Shown here: piece by piece, positions 24,309-32,000 of the stretch
Numbering within the stretch: the first letter of the stretch is position 1
Layout of the letters: every line of letters starts with the position of its first letter
Source: an uncultured Nitrospiraceae bacterium
GTDB lineage: Bacteria > Nitrospirota > Nitrospiria > Nitrospirales > Nitrospiraceae
Length of the DNA stretch: 32,000 bases
Direction of reading: 5' to 3'
Assembly (NCBI GenBank): GCA_963821465.1
Contig: CAWGDV010000029.1
Location: forward strand, 392,597-424,596
Made by a program: the position numbers and the translations under genes
Notes under the pieces: generated by a model
Told to the model about the DNA's origin: nothing
Seen by the model: the letters and a program-made list of their open reading frames with translations, nothing else
Database searches by the model: none

Positions 24309-25055
24309 ACTTCGGAGCCTCTTGCTTCTTCGGCTGCGACCACATGGCTCCAGCAGAACTCCTGAACGGTCGTTGGCCGGCTATTCTGTTCCTCCCAGCA
24401 TCTTCGTCTGGCTCCTAACTGCTTCAGCAGACATTCCGCAGTCGCCAGGAGCTGCTGCTTGTGACGATCTGATTTCGTACTGAAATGGGCACGATCGAAG
24501 ATCGGGATCTGGAGAAGGACCTCGGCCCTGTTCCGCCGCTCGGGCGAGGATACCACTCGATGAGCAGACGGATCAGGGTGGTCGTAGGGCTTGAGCCGGT
24601 CTAACGATTGGAGGAACAGGCGGCAGAGACAATGAAGGCCCCCCACGAATTCATGTTGCTTCGGATCATCGCCAAGGCGTAGGTGTCGAGGATCTTGAAG
24701 TGCGGCATAGAAGGTACGCGGTCTCGCGACGCGGCTCAGTGGAGGGTCAGAGGGGCGAGCCCGCCGGCAGAAGGCTCGTCGTAGCAGCGGATCAGCGATT
24801 GCAGCAGAAGTGTTCATGAATAATGCGGGCTAGTATTGAATTTCTCAACTCCCATTCCTCTCCCGTATGACACCGGAGATAATCAGCGAAACATCTGGGC
24901 CCATGGATGCCCTTCGCTTTCGAGCGAAGGTTTCGGACCAGATCATCGTCCAGCATCTGAAAACCCAGACTGTTGCCCCTCTCAGCTTGATGACAGCCCA
25001 GGCTTGACTTCGCCCCCGTTGCTCGAAAGATGAGGTCATTGTGGGGATTCAGCAC
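24305..25055 (-). pseudogene. hypothetical gene at the head of the cytochrome operon, interrupted by a partial MITE
   Basis: ORFs 24792-25055 and 24305-24817 both run into MITE sequence (..LARIIHEHFCCNR stop; MNTSAAIADPLL..). Deleting exactly 115 bp (24719-24833) fuses them into one 211-codon ORF (..EEWELRNSI|RTFYAALQDPRH..). Confidence 0.55.
24719..24833. mobile_element. partial or variant copy of the 4141-4335 MITE (one TIR only)
   Basis: About 95 bp, ending in ..GTGTTCATGAATAATGCGGGCTAG, is about 95% identical to the reverse complement of 4140-4235. It is preceded by GGTCTCGCGACGCGGCTCAG, which also occurs at about 4288-4307. No second TIR was found. Confidence 0.7.
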
Positions 25056-25125
25056 CTGACTGCCGGCGTCTGTGATTTCCGCTTGCTCCGATACACATTG
25101 ATCAGCTTGTGGCGTTGCGGGTGAG

Positions 25126-25152
25126 GGAGCGGTGAAGCACCGCTCCTTATTT
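25126..25152 (+). terminator. intrinsic-terminator-like hairpin
   Basis: GGAGCGGTG-AAG-CACCGCTCC is followed by TTATTT on the plus strand. No convincing plus-strand gene ends here, so the assignment is uncertain. Confidence 0.35.
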
Positions 25153-25193
25153 GGAGTTCAACCCTCGGCGAGTTGACACCATCTGCAGAAGGA

Positions 25194-25233
25194 CATAGCC
25201 TGTCGCTGGCTATTAAACCAGCGACAGGCTATG
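25194..25233. other. perfect 16-bp inverted repeat (stem-loop)
   Basis: CATAGCCTGTCGCTGG-ctattaaa-CCAGCGACAGGCTATG, about 80 nt downstream of the 25311 stop. It may be a terminator or an element end. Confidence 0.4.
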
Positions 25234-25310
25234 CACCGACCGATCTGGCCGGAATGGTTCCTGGCACCTTTCCCGGCACAGTTAAGACCTATCTCGGAAC
25301 AGGACCAACG

Positions 25311-25646
25311 TCACTTTTTCGCGGGGCTGCGCTCCAGCACATCTTCAGCGCCCTTGTGGCCAGCTTGACCGCCCATTCTGTGATCAGCAGTGTCGGCAGC
25401 TACGCCCTTCAGCTTTTCTTCATCGCCCTTTAGACCAGCTTGACCGCCTTTCCTCTTAGCAGCAGAGTCGGCAGCTCCGCCTTTCAGCTTTTCATCAGGG
25501 CCCTTCATACCAGCTTGACCGCCTTTCCTGTCAGGAGGCTGCCCAGGTTGCATTTCGTCCGTAGCCAAAGCTGCATTACCTGACAGACCAAGGCACAGCA
25601 AGAAAACACAAGACATGACACCGACGACTTTAGAAATAGATATCAT
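25311..25646 (-). CDS. small secreted protein with three tandem about 25-aa KGGQAG-type repeats
   Basis: Signal peptide MISISKVVGVMSCVFLLCLGLSGNAALA after SD GAGGAGG. The repeats are RKGGQAGMKGPDEKLKGGAADSA, RKGGQAGLKGDEEKLKGVAADTA and RMGGQAGHKGAEDVLE. They are reminiscent of KGG stress-protein repeats. Confidence 0.6.
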   Translation of the reverse strand: MISISKVVGVMSCVFLLCLGLSGNAALATDEMQPGQPPDRKGGQAGMKGPDEKLKGGAADSAAKRKGGQAGLKGDEEKLKGVAADTADHRMGGQAGHKGAEDVLERSPAKK

Positions 25647-25741
25647 GGGAACCTCCTCGGTTAGGTGCAAAAAAAACCTACGCCATCTTATACGCTCATC
25701 GGAGCGTTTTAGGAACTTGGAACCGCAGGTTCAGGCGCTGT

Positions 25742-25849
25742 TTGCAACAGCTGCCTGCTCCAGCGTGGGCCTACGGCTACCGCGATGAGGACTACCTCAA
25801 ACTCAAAATCGTCGCCGCGTTTCTGCCGCCATTAACGCGAAGCGCTTGA
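25742..25849 (+). mobile_element. transposase C-terminal relic (ISL3-like)
   Basis: Translation ..WAYGYRDEDYLKLKIVAAFLPPLTRSA stop resembles the conserved (A)YGFRD.EYF.LKI tail of ISL3-family transposases. Only about 35 codons remain. It is followed by the hairpin GCGCTT-gaaa-AAGCGC. Confidence 0.4.
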
Positions 25850-25933
25850 AAAAGCGCACAGTGATCTGCGAAGACCTTCTTTCTTTTTCCCAACCCTACC
25901 CTAATGTTAGGACCGGTGAAGACGCCTAGCGAA

Positions 25934-26539
25934 TCAGTCCTCCCCCTTCTCTTTTTTTTCTTCCTTCAACACCATCGTGCCCTGCGCTTTGCTGGCATTG
26001 AGGTCCATCTCCGGAACTTTCTTATGCACCAGGTTCTGATGGCAATCGATGCAGGTGGCGCCCTCCGTTTCCATCTTCTTGTGCGCGGCCTTCGCCGATG
26101 CGCCGGGCGGCTTGGTATTCTTGTGGCAATCCCGGCAGGTGACGCTGTCCCAATTTTTAAGCGACATGCGCGCGTAATGGGCCATGATCTGCCGGCGCTC
26201 GTTGAATTTCTCAATCGTCGAGTAGTCATACTTCATCTCCGCGAGCACGGCCCGTGTTCCGTCATACATGTGCGTCCACAGGGCCAGATGGAAATTTCCC
26301 AATCCCTGGGGAACGTGGCAGTCCTTGCAGCCCGGATCGGCACCGAGCGCGCCATAGTGCGAGGACTTCTTCAGCTCCTCATACGGGTAGGTCTGGGAAT
26401 GGCAGCTCACGCAGAACTCGGTCCTGGATAGGGCGTGCTCCCCGCCGAATACCACGGCGATCGCTCCGACCACAAGAACGGCGCCAAGAAGCAGGGCGCC
26501 GCCCGACACGCTCAAGTATTGCCGTAACTTCCCTGCCAT
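25934..26539 (-). CDS. NapC/NirT/NrfH-family membrane tetrahaem cytochrome c
   Basis: An N-terminal TM followed by four CxxCH motifs (CVSCH, CKDCH, CRDCH, CIDCH), with family-typical spacing and a length of 201 aa. Confidence 0.9.
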   Translation of the reverse strand: MAGKLRQYLSVSGGALLLGAVLVVGAIAVVFGGEHALSRTEFCVSCHSQTYPYEELKKSSHYGALGADPGCKDCHVPQGLGNFHLALWTHMYDGTRAVLAEMKYDYSTIEKFNERRQIMAHYARMSLKNWDSVTCRDCHKNTKPPGASAKAAHKKMETEGATCIDCHQNLVHKKVPEMDLNASKAQGTMVLKEEKKEKGED

Positions 26540-27123
26540 GACTCCTCCTTGTCTGTCTCAGCCGGTTTGGCCGTAAACTGGAAATCCTCATGGAATGTGA
26601 AGAGAGGCGGACCCTCAAACGTGTCCACGAGCTTGAAATGCTCATACATGATCTTGTTGTTGCGCATGGACTTCTCGAAGGTGAGCTCATCGAAAAAAAC
26701 TATTCGCGTTCGTGCTCAAAAAATTCATTACATTTTCATGCTATCGTCAGATTGCAAGATTTACAAGGAGGGGTATTGGCACTGCGGCCACTAAAGAAAG
26801 AAATCAACCGTTGGGCGGCTGTGAGACGAGTATTTGAACATACACCAGTTCATCATGCTCGCCGAGGCCTAACACATCCTTGAATCCTGGCGGCTCGAGG
26901 ATAATCAGTGCTGCCCGTACAGCTCGCTCGCTCATCTAGCGCCGAATGAGTTTCTTGGTCAACGTCAGGTGATCCGGGCTGCGGAGAAGCAGTCTGCTCT
27001 AGTTAAGAACTGTCTCGTTACGGGGCTAACGTCAGAAGCCAGAAGTTCCCTTCTGAAACTGTCTCCTTAGCGGGGAAGATTACGAGGCACAACACAACTT
27101 CGGTCTACCTTCAAATCGATCCG

Positions 27124-28149
27124 CTAAAAAAAGTTTTCGTGGCGGATATGGGCGACATTCATGCCTTTATGGATTAGCAATCGCTTGGCCTCCTCGATCA
27201 TTGGACGCCCTCCGCAAAGATATGCGTCAGTTTTTGATGCCTCTTCGAGAGACACCTGTTCACGAATCAAGTCTGTGACGCGACCTCGCAATCCGGGCCA
27301 CCCGATCGGATCAGGTTGTGAGAGGATAATGGTCGGTTCGAACCAGGGGTGTGTGTCTCTCAGATCGCTCAGCATGTTGGTATAAAAGAGGTCGGAGACA
27401 TTGCGCAATCCGAAGAACAATCGGATACGGCGCGTGCCAGGTTGCCCAAGGAGGGACAATATCATCGATTTGATGGGTGCGATACCGGTTCCCGTCGCGA
27501 TCATCAGCACGTCTCGCTGTGATCCGTCGTCCAATCGAAAGTCACCGTAGGGGCCTTCGACCTGCATACAGTCCCTGGGGCGGAGCCGATGAATGAAATT
27601 CGAGCAGAAGCCACCGGAAACAGCACGTACACAAATCTCGAAATGTTTCCGATCGGAATGATGCGACGAAATCGAGTAGGACCGCCGTATGACTTTGTCG
27701 ATTCCAGGCACATGAAAGATCATATATTGGCCGGGAGAAAATGTGATTTCCCCCGACTCGACGGCGAATCGCTGCTCACAGACCGTCAAGGTCAGCGGGC
27801 GATACTCTTCGACGCGTACCTTGCACACATCGAGTGAGGCTGTCGCGTGTTGCGTTTTTGCGCTCGCCCCCAGGGTGAGCGTTCCGTGAACGTCCGCCAT
27901 GCACAAGAGTCGATACTTCGTAGGGTCCAGACCATTGCTTTCCAGCGTACGAATCTCTCGGGCTCGCTGGGACCCTAAGCTCTCTTCGCCTTGTACGACC
28001 TGCGTCGCACAGGTACCACACGCCCCGGCTTTACAGGCGAACGGGACAGAGGCTCCAGCGGCTTCGCACACGTCATACAGCCATTGTCCCTCTTCCGCAT
28101 CGTAGGTAATCCCGTCCTGTTGAAAGGTGATGCGATGCATCGTGCTCAT
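27124..28149 (-). CDS. [2Fe-2S] ferredoxin fused to an FNR-type FAD/NAD(P)H oxidoreductase
   Basis: Plant-type ferredoxin cysteines (CKAGACGTC...C). FAD motif RSYSISS. NAD(P)-binding MIATGTGIAPI. Start set at MSTMHRITFQ. Confidence 0.85.
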   Translation of the reverse strand: MSTMHRITFQQDGITYDAEEGQWLYDVCEAAGASVPFACKAGACGTCATQVVQGEESLGSQRAREIRTLESNGLDPTKYRLLCMADVHGTLTLGASAKTQHATASLDVCKVRVEEYRPLTLTVCEQRFAVESGEITFSPGQYMIFHVPGIDKVIRRSYSISSHHSDRKHFEICVRAVSGGFCSNFIHRLRPRDCMQVEGPYGDFRLDDGSQRDVLMIATGTGIAPIKSMILSLLGQPGTRRIRLFFGLRNVSDLFYTNMLSDLRDTHPWFEPTIILSQPDPIGWPGLRGRVTDLIREQVSLEEASKTDAYLCGGRPMIEEAKRLLIHKGMNVAHIRHENFF

Positions 28150-28320
28150 CGGGTTATATGGTCCAGGCCGAATACACACGTTAGGGTGCTCAACATTCTC
28201 TGGGCGTCCGGGACGTCAATCCGGCGCCCCGTTCTTCGAATATCGGATGGAGAACGAAAAGATGAAATGAAAGTCGATCTGGCTTTTGAAGCAGGAACCT
28301 CTTGCATGTGCAGCAAGCGC

Positions 28321-28654
28321 TTACCCACTGGGGTCATCCCCCACAGCCATCTTGGAATCCTGCTGACCACCCCGCGCATAAACAAGCAAAATCTCCTGGC
28401 TGACCTGGGCGTCCGCGCGTCCCTGGGAGGCGGCTTTCTCGCACCACTGGCGTGCGTTCGCGTAATCCTGGGGGACGCCTTTTCCGAAGTCATAGAGCAC
28501 TCCGAGGTTTTACTACGCCGCGCGAATCCCTGGGTTGCCTGTGTTTGCAGCTCTTACAGGTCTGCTGTTGAAATGTCGATCGGTGGGAAAACAGGTGCAT
28601 GCCCAGAGGGGAGAACGAGTGCAGCCAGGAGCGTGATGATGGAAAGGGCGCGCA
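28321..28654 (-). pseudogene. decayed Sel1-repeat (SLR) exported protein gene
   Basis: Signal-like MRALSIITLLAALVLPSG is followed by a stop. In another frame, the Sel1 consensus NLGVLYDFGKGVPQDYANARQWCEKAASQGRADAQ is preceded by two in-frame stops (TAG TAA). Confidence 0.5.
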
Positions 28655-29019
28655 TGGGGGATCAGTATGGCGTGGAGCCCTCAGACCGTCAAGGCACAGG
28701 GGATTCCTCCAGCAGTTCTGCCACCAGTGTATCTTCACTTCCTCTTCTTCCACTCCCACGGCGGCACTGGATGGGGATTTACCCACAATCCTTTTCGCCC
28801 CTCTCACGCTTCGTTCTCTAGCAGGCTGCAGAAACAGTCCGTCAGCATCGTGCTCGCATCGCTCCGATCCTCAACGTACCCCAGAGGATACGCCTCGGGT
28901 CTTCACTCGCTGCGGCCTTGCCGGACAGCCTTTTTGAGTGTCCTGCGGAAGCGTTCTCCTCTTATGCCGCACATATAGACCATCGAAGTTCTGCTGTGCT
29001 GGAATAGTTCTCCCGCAGC

Positions 29020-30174
29020 CTACTCGTCTTCGTGGCTCACACCGCCTAACCCAATCACCGAGGACCCGTGCTTGGTAATCAGCGCGTCCATCGTCTCGAT
29101 AGCTTTTGTGCGCCGTTGGTCGAACAGTCCGGTCGGCGCAGGAGTCAAGGAGGAAAGCGAGAGCCCGGCCAAGCGGTACTCGATGCCGGGCCTGATCAGT
29201 TCCTGTAGCACCTGTTGGACGGTCGGCCACATGTCGGGGTCGTAGTTCAGCGGGTGGGGAAAGCGATGTTGTTTGGTCGTGATGGCGAAACGGGCGTTTT
29301 TCAGCTTCACCGTGCAGGATCCGGCGGCCAATCCTTCCTGTCGGAGATCCCGCGCCAGGTCACGGAGGAATCCGCGTAGGATTTGTTCAAGAAAAGAACG
29401 ATCATGTGTGTCATGTTCGAATGTGGTCTCGTGGCTGAGACTTTTGGATTCTCGGTCGGACACCACCGGTTCGTGGTCGATCCCCCTCGCCATCGCTCGA
29501 ACCCAGTGGAGTCGCGTGCCGAAGATATGACGCAAGGGTTGATCCCAGCGTTGGTCCAACAGCTCGCCGATCGTCTTGAGTCCAAGCGGTTCCAGGCGCG
29601 CGGCGGTTTTGGGGCCGATTCCCGGCAATGCACGCAGAGGCCGTAGCGCTAAGAATGCTTCTTCCGTACCGGGCGGGACCGTCACCAGTCCATCCGGCTT
29701 GTGACTATCCGCGGCAATTTTAGCGACGGTCTTGCCGGTCGCGACGGCGATGGTGCAGCGCAATCCCGTGGCTTCGTACAGCGCATCCTTCACCAGTTGT
29801 CCGAGTGAGCATGGATCGGGATGGCGGGTCTGGAGCTGCGTCGTATCGGCATAAAACTCGTCGATGCTGCTCCATTCGGTGAGCGGGAATAATCGATCGG
29901 TCACGGCCCGCATCGCATCATGCAACTGCCGATACAGGGGGCGATCAGGAGGAAGCAGAATGAGGTTGGGGCAGAGCTGGAGGGCTTTCGCCGTCGGCAT
30001 TGCCGAGTGGATGCCGAATGGCCGCACGGCGTAACTGGCCGCAGCGATGATCCCACGTGGGGGCCGACCGCCGACCGCGACCGGTTTACCGGCGAGGCTC
30101 GGGTCCTTCACCGCGGCGGCTGAGGCGAACATGGCGTCGACGTCCCCGAAAAGGATCTGGCGCGACCAACGCAT
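29020..30174 (-). CDS. dinB: DNA polymerase IV (Y-family)
   Basis: N-terminus ILFGDVDAMFASAAAV. SIDEFYADTT, the little-finger region and a length of 384 aa are all typical of DinB. Confidence 0.9.
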   Translation of the reverse strand: MRWSRQILFGDVDAMFASAAAVKDPSLAGKPVAVGGRPPRGIIAAASYAVRPFGIHSAMPTAKALQLCPNLILLPPDRPLYRQLHDAMRAVTDRLFPLTEWSSIDEFYADTTQLQTRHPDPCSLGQLVKDALYEATGLRCTIAVATGKTVAKIAADSHKPDGLVTVPPGTEEAFLALRPLRALPGIGPKTAARLEPLGLKTIGELLDQRWDQPLRHIFGTRLHWVRAMARGIDHEPVVSDRESKSLSHETTFEHDTHDRSFLEQILRGFLRDLARDLRQEGLAAGSCTVKLKNARFAITTKQHRFPHPLNYDPDMWPTVQQVLQELIRPGIEYRLAGLSLSSLTPAPTGLFDQRRTKAIETMDALITKHGSSVIGLGGVSHEDE

Positions 30175-30195
30175 CTCTTGCTCCTGAATAAGAGC

Positions 30196-30859
30196 CTAGA
30201 AGGTAAAGGACAATTGAAGAGGCTGCAAGGGGCGTTGAGAGGGAGGTACTCTCGTGTGGGAAGAACGTTCGGAATCGGTCAGAACACGGCTGACCGATCC
30301 CACCAGCTCCTGTAACAATCCCCGACAGATGCCACAATGGTGCCGACGCGGCTGAATCGTCCGTCGCTGGCGTCGGTACACTCGGCCGCATTGCCGACAC
30401 CGCCAGGCAAATTGCGTGAGGGCGAGGACTTCCTTCTGTAGCGAATGGTAGATGGTGATCGCCAGGGCGCCGTCCCGATTCATGTCGGTCATCTTGCGGA
30501 GAAAAATTCGCCCCATGATTCGGCCGCCGTTTCAGGATATCGTATTGCCATTGATGAATCATTTCGTGCGCCAGCGTGCTCACGATCTCCCGCTCGCCAT
30601 ACTCGCTCCGTTGGACAACTTGATGTAGTAAGGGAAGGGACAGGCGAATTTCACGCCTAGTCGTCGGGCGAAGGCCATCCCGATCCAGCCGGGGCCGCGG
30701 TCCTCGACGACTCACGAACAGGCCGACTGAGGAGGTCAGCCGCCGACTCCAGACCAGATCGATCGGGGGCAGCAGGCCTGCGAAGTAGCGTCCATTCAGT
30801 TCGCTCCACATCTGGGTCAGATGCTGCGAGGTCACTGGAGGGGATTGGCGTGGAGACAT
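30196..30859 (-). pseudogene. SprT-like zinc metalloprotease gene with one frameshift
   Basis: HEMIHQW in ORF 30086-30886 continues in ORF 30196-30516 (RIFLRKM..CRQCGRVY..CGICRGLL zinc ribbon). The shift is one extra C in the plus-strand run CCCC at 30511-30514. The start is ambiguous (30859 or 30886). Confidence 0.75.
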
Positions 30860-30869
30860 GCGAAGGTGG

Positions 30870-31798
30870 TTACCCCAATTCTTCATGCACTGCCGCAGCC
30901 AGCAACGGCACCATAATTTCGTGGTGGCCGATCAGGGAGTAGCCTTTTCCGCCCTTCTGGGTCGGCCGACGCACCACGTTGGTGAGCGGGCGGTAGTGAG
31001 CCAGGAAGTCCATGTCCACGGTCGTAATGTTGGTCAGATCATGACCAAGATTGCGTCCCAAGCGACACCGTTTTAAGGAAGACTTCCGGCAAAATGACGG
31101 CAGAGCCGAGATTGAGATACACGCCCCCTTCCATCCCCGACACGACGGCCGCAAGCCGTCGAAAGTCCAACAGCGAGGTTGCGCCAATAGCGGCTCCGTC
31201 CGCGGCAGGATGCATATGGATAATGTCGGTCCCGATAGCGACGTGCACGGTCACTGGAATACCGAGCTTCGCTCCGGTCGCCAGGATGCTCGTCTCGCGA
31301 TGGGGAAACTGCCCCTGACGCCGGTTGATGTAGTGGCCGACGGATTCGCCGAGCCCTTCGCGATCATGGGCCCCGCGGACGATCGCCTCGTTCAGCATGC
31401 GGCCGGTTTCTTCCGCCATCCCGAAGCGTCCCTCGTCGATCTCCGCGTCGACTTCTTCCGACGTGTGCCCCATGAGCGCCAATTCGAAATCGTGAATGAT
31501 CCCGGCGCCGTTCATGGCCACGGCCGACAGGATCCCTTGCTGCATGAGGTCCACGAGAATCGGACTCAATCCGACTTTGATGACGTGGGCGCCGATTCCC
31601 ACAATGACCGGCCGGCCTTTGCGATGAGCCTTCGCGATGGCTTTGGCGACCGCGCGCAAGGTTTTGACGCCAAGGATATCCGGCAGCGAGCGATAGAATT
31701 GGCTGAAGCTGCCCCCACGGCGCCAGGGGCGAGGCAAAGTCGGAGACGCGAACCTTGCTGTGCCGTTTCTTGAGCGGATAGGTCGTGAGATCCGTCAC
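30870..31798 (-). pseudogene. deoxyhypusine-synthase-like family gene with two frameshifts
   Basis: Homology runs through three frames: VTDLTTYPLKKRHSKVRVSDFA, then SFSQFYRSLPDILG..GAHVIK..NGAGIIHDFE..EVFLKTVSLG, then RNLGHDLTNITT..GHHEIMVPLL. The shifts are at the GGGG run 31725-31728 and at the CCC run (GGG on the coding strand) near 31057-31059. The start is uncertain. Confidence 0.7.
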
Positions 31799-31847
31799 GT
31801 TGATCGGCGGGATCAGGCTCGGAGTCGTGACGGGGGGCCGCTGCCGG

Positions 31848-32000
31848 TCAGGAGGCTTTGCCAAGGAGCTGTTCCTCGATGAGTTCACACAGGACGTGGC
31901 CGAGCGTGATGTGACTTTCTTGAATGCGGGCTGTGACCGTCGAGGGCACGACGAACGGATAGTCCACCAGACCGGCCAGTTTCCCGCCGGTCCCACCGGT
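31848..32000 (-). CDS. gmhA: phosphoheptose isomerase (SIS domain), C-terminal 50 aa; the rest lies outside the window
   Basis: TGGTGGKLAGLVDYPFVVPSTVTARIQESHITLGHVLCELIEE matches the conserved GmhA/DiaA C-terminus (..VPS..T.RIQE.H....H.LCE). Confidence 0.8.
   Translation of the reverse strand, partial: TGGTGGKLAGLVDYPFVVPSTVTARIQESHITLGHVLCELIEEQLLGKAS

Noticed and set aside
26804-26935. 43-aa minus-strand ORF (MSERAVRAALIILEPPGFKDVLGLGEHDELVYVQILVSQPPNG)
   Set aside because: It is short, has no SD and has no recognisable family. It could be a toxin-antitoxin fragment, but there is nothing to support that.
27991-28821. 276-aa plus-strand ORF
   Set aside because: It overlaps the ferredoxin-FNR gene start and the Sel1 relic on the other strand. 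There is no SD or motifs, and Sel1 homology is on the minus strand.
31051-31773. 240-aa plus-strand ORF
   Set aside because: It is antisense to the deoxyhypusine-synthase-like gene, whose conserved motifs (GAHVIK, NGAGIIHDFE) read on the minus strand.
1-32000. CRISPR arrays, rRNA genes, intact tRNA genes and known defence-system genes
   Set aside because: No regularly spaced direct repeats, no rRNA-like segments and no foldable tRNA were found. No nuclease-, helicase-, methylase- or STAND-type ORFs were seen. The repeats present are the MITE copies and the cbiX duplication.

Overview
This 32 kb window has about 57% GC and is densely coding. The gene content and an unmistakable amoC suggest a nitrifier, probably a comammox-type Nitrospira, though that assignment is inference. 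Most genes between 5.5 and 21.4 kb lie on the minus strand in one co-directional train. From the top it runs: C4 zinc-ribbon protein, frameshifted FGE-like gene, SDR/DUF2867, FGE-like, periplasmic helical protein, FGE-like, then two hairpins. It continues with orphan amoC, a mini-ORF, a paralogous zinc-ribbon protein, a TIGR01777 epimerase and a PDZ pair. The train ends with photolyase-ybgA-hypothetical-cbiX, an IS3 relic, an FGE-cytochrome c fusion, a truncated cbiX copy and pyrE. A MerR/B12-binding (CarH/LitR-type, Wx9EH motif) regulator plus a DUF393 gene is transcribed divergently from the head of this train. The AT-rich intergenic region between them carries two face-to-face sigma70-like promoters and three copies of a 10-bp box. 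The most interesting hypothesis is a light or photo-oxidative-stress module that couples a B12 photoreceptor-type regulator to an orphan amoC, to periplasmic FGE-like paralogs and to an uncharacterised zinc-ribbon family. The 23-29 kb segment is mosaic and decayed. It holds a tRNA-Leu 3' fragment, MITE copies that interrupt genes, an ISL3-like relic, a Sel1 pseudogene and orphan multihaem cytochromes. The right end carries gmhA (partial), a deoxyhypusine-synthase-like gene, a SprT-like gene and dinB. Five single-base frameshifts occur in the window, most in short G/C runs, so they may be assembly errors. No rRNA gene, intact tRNA gene or CRISPR array was seen.
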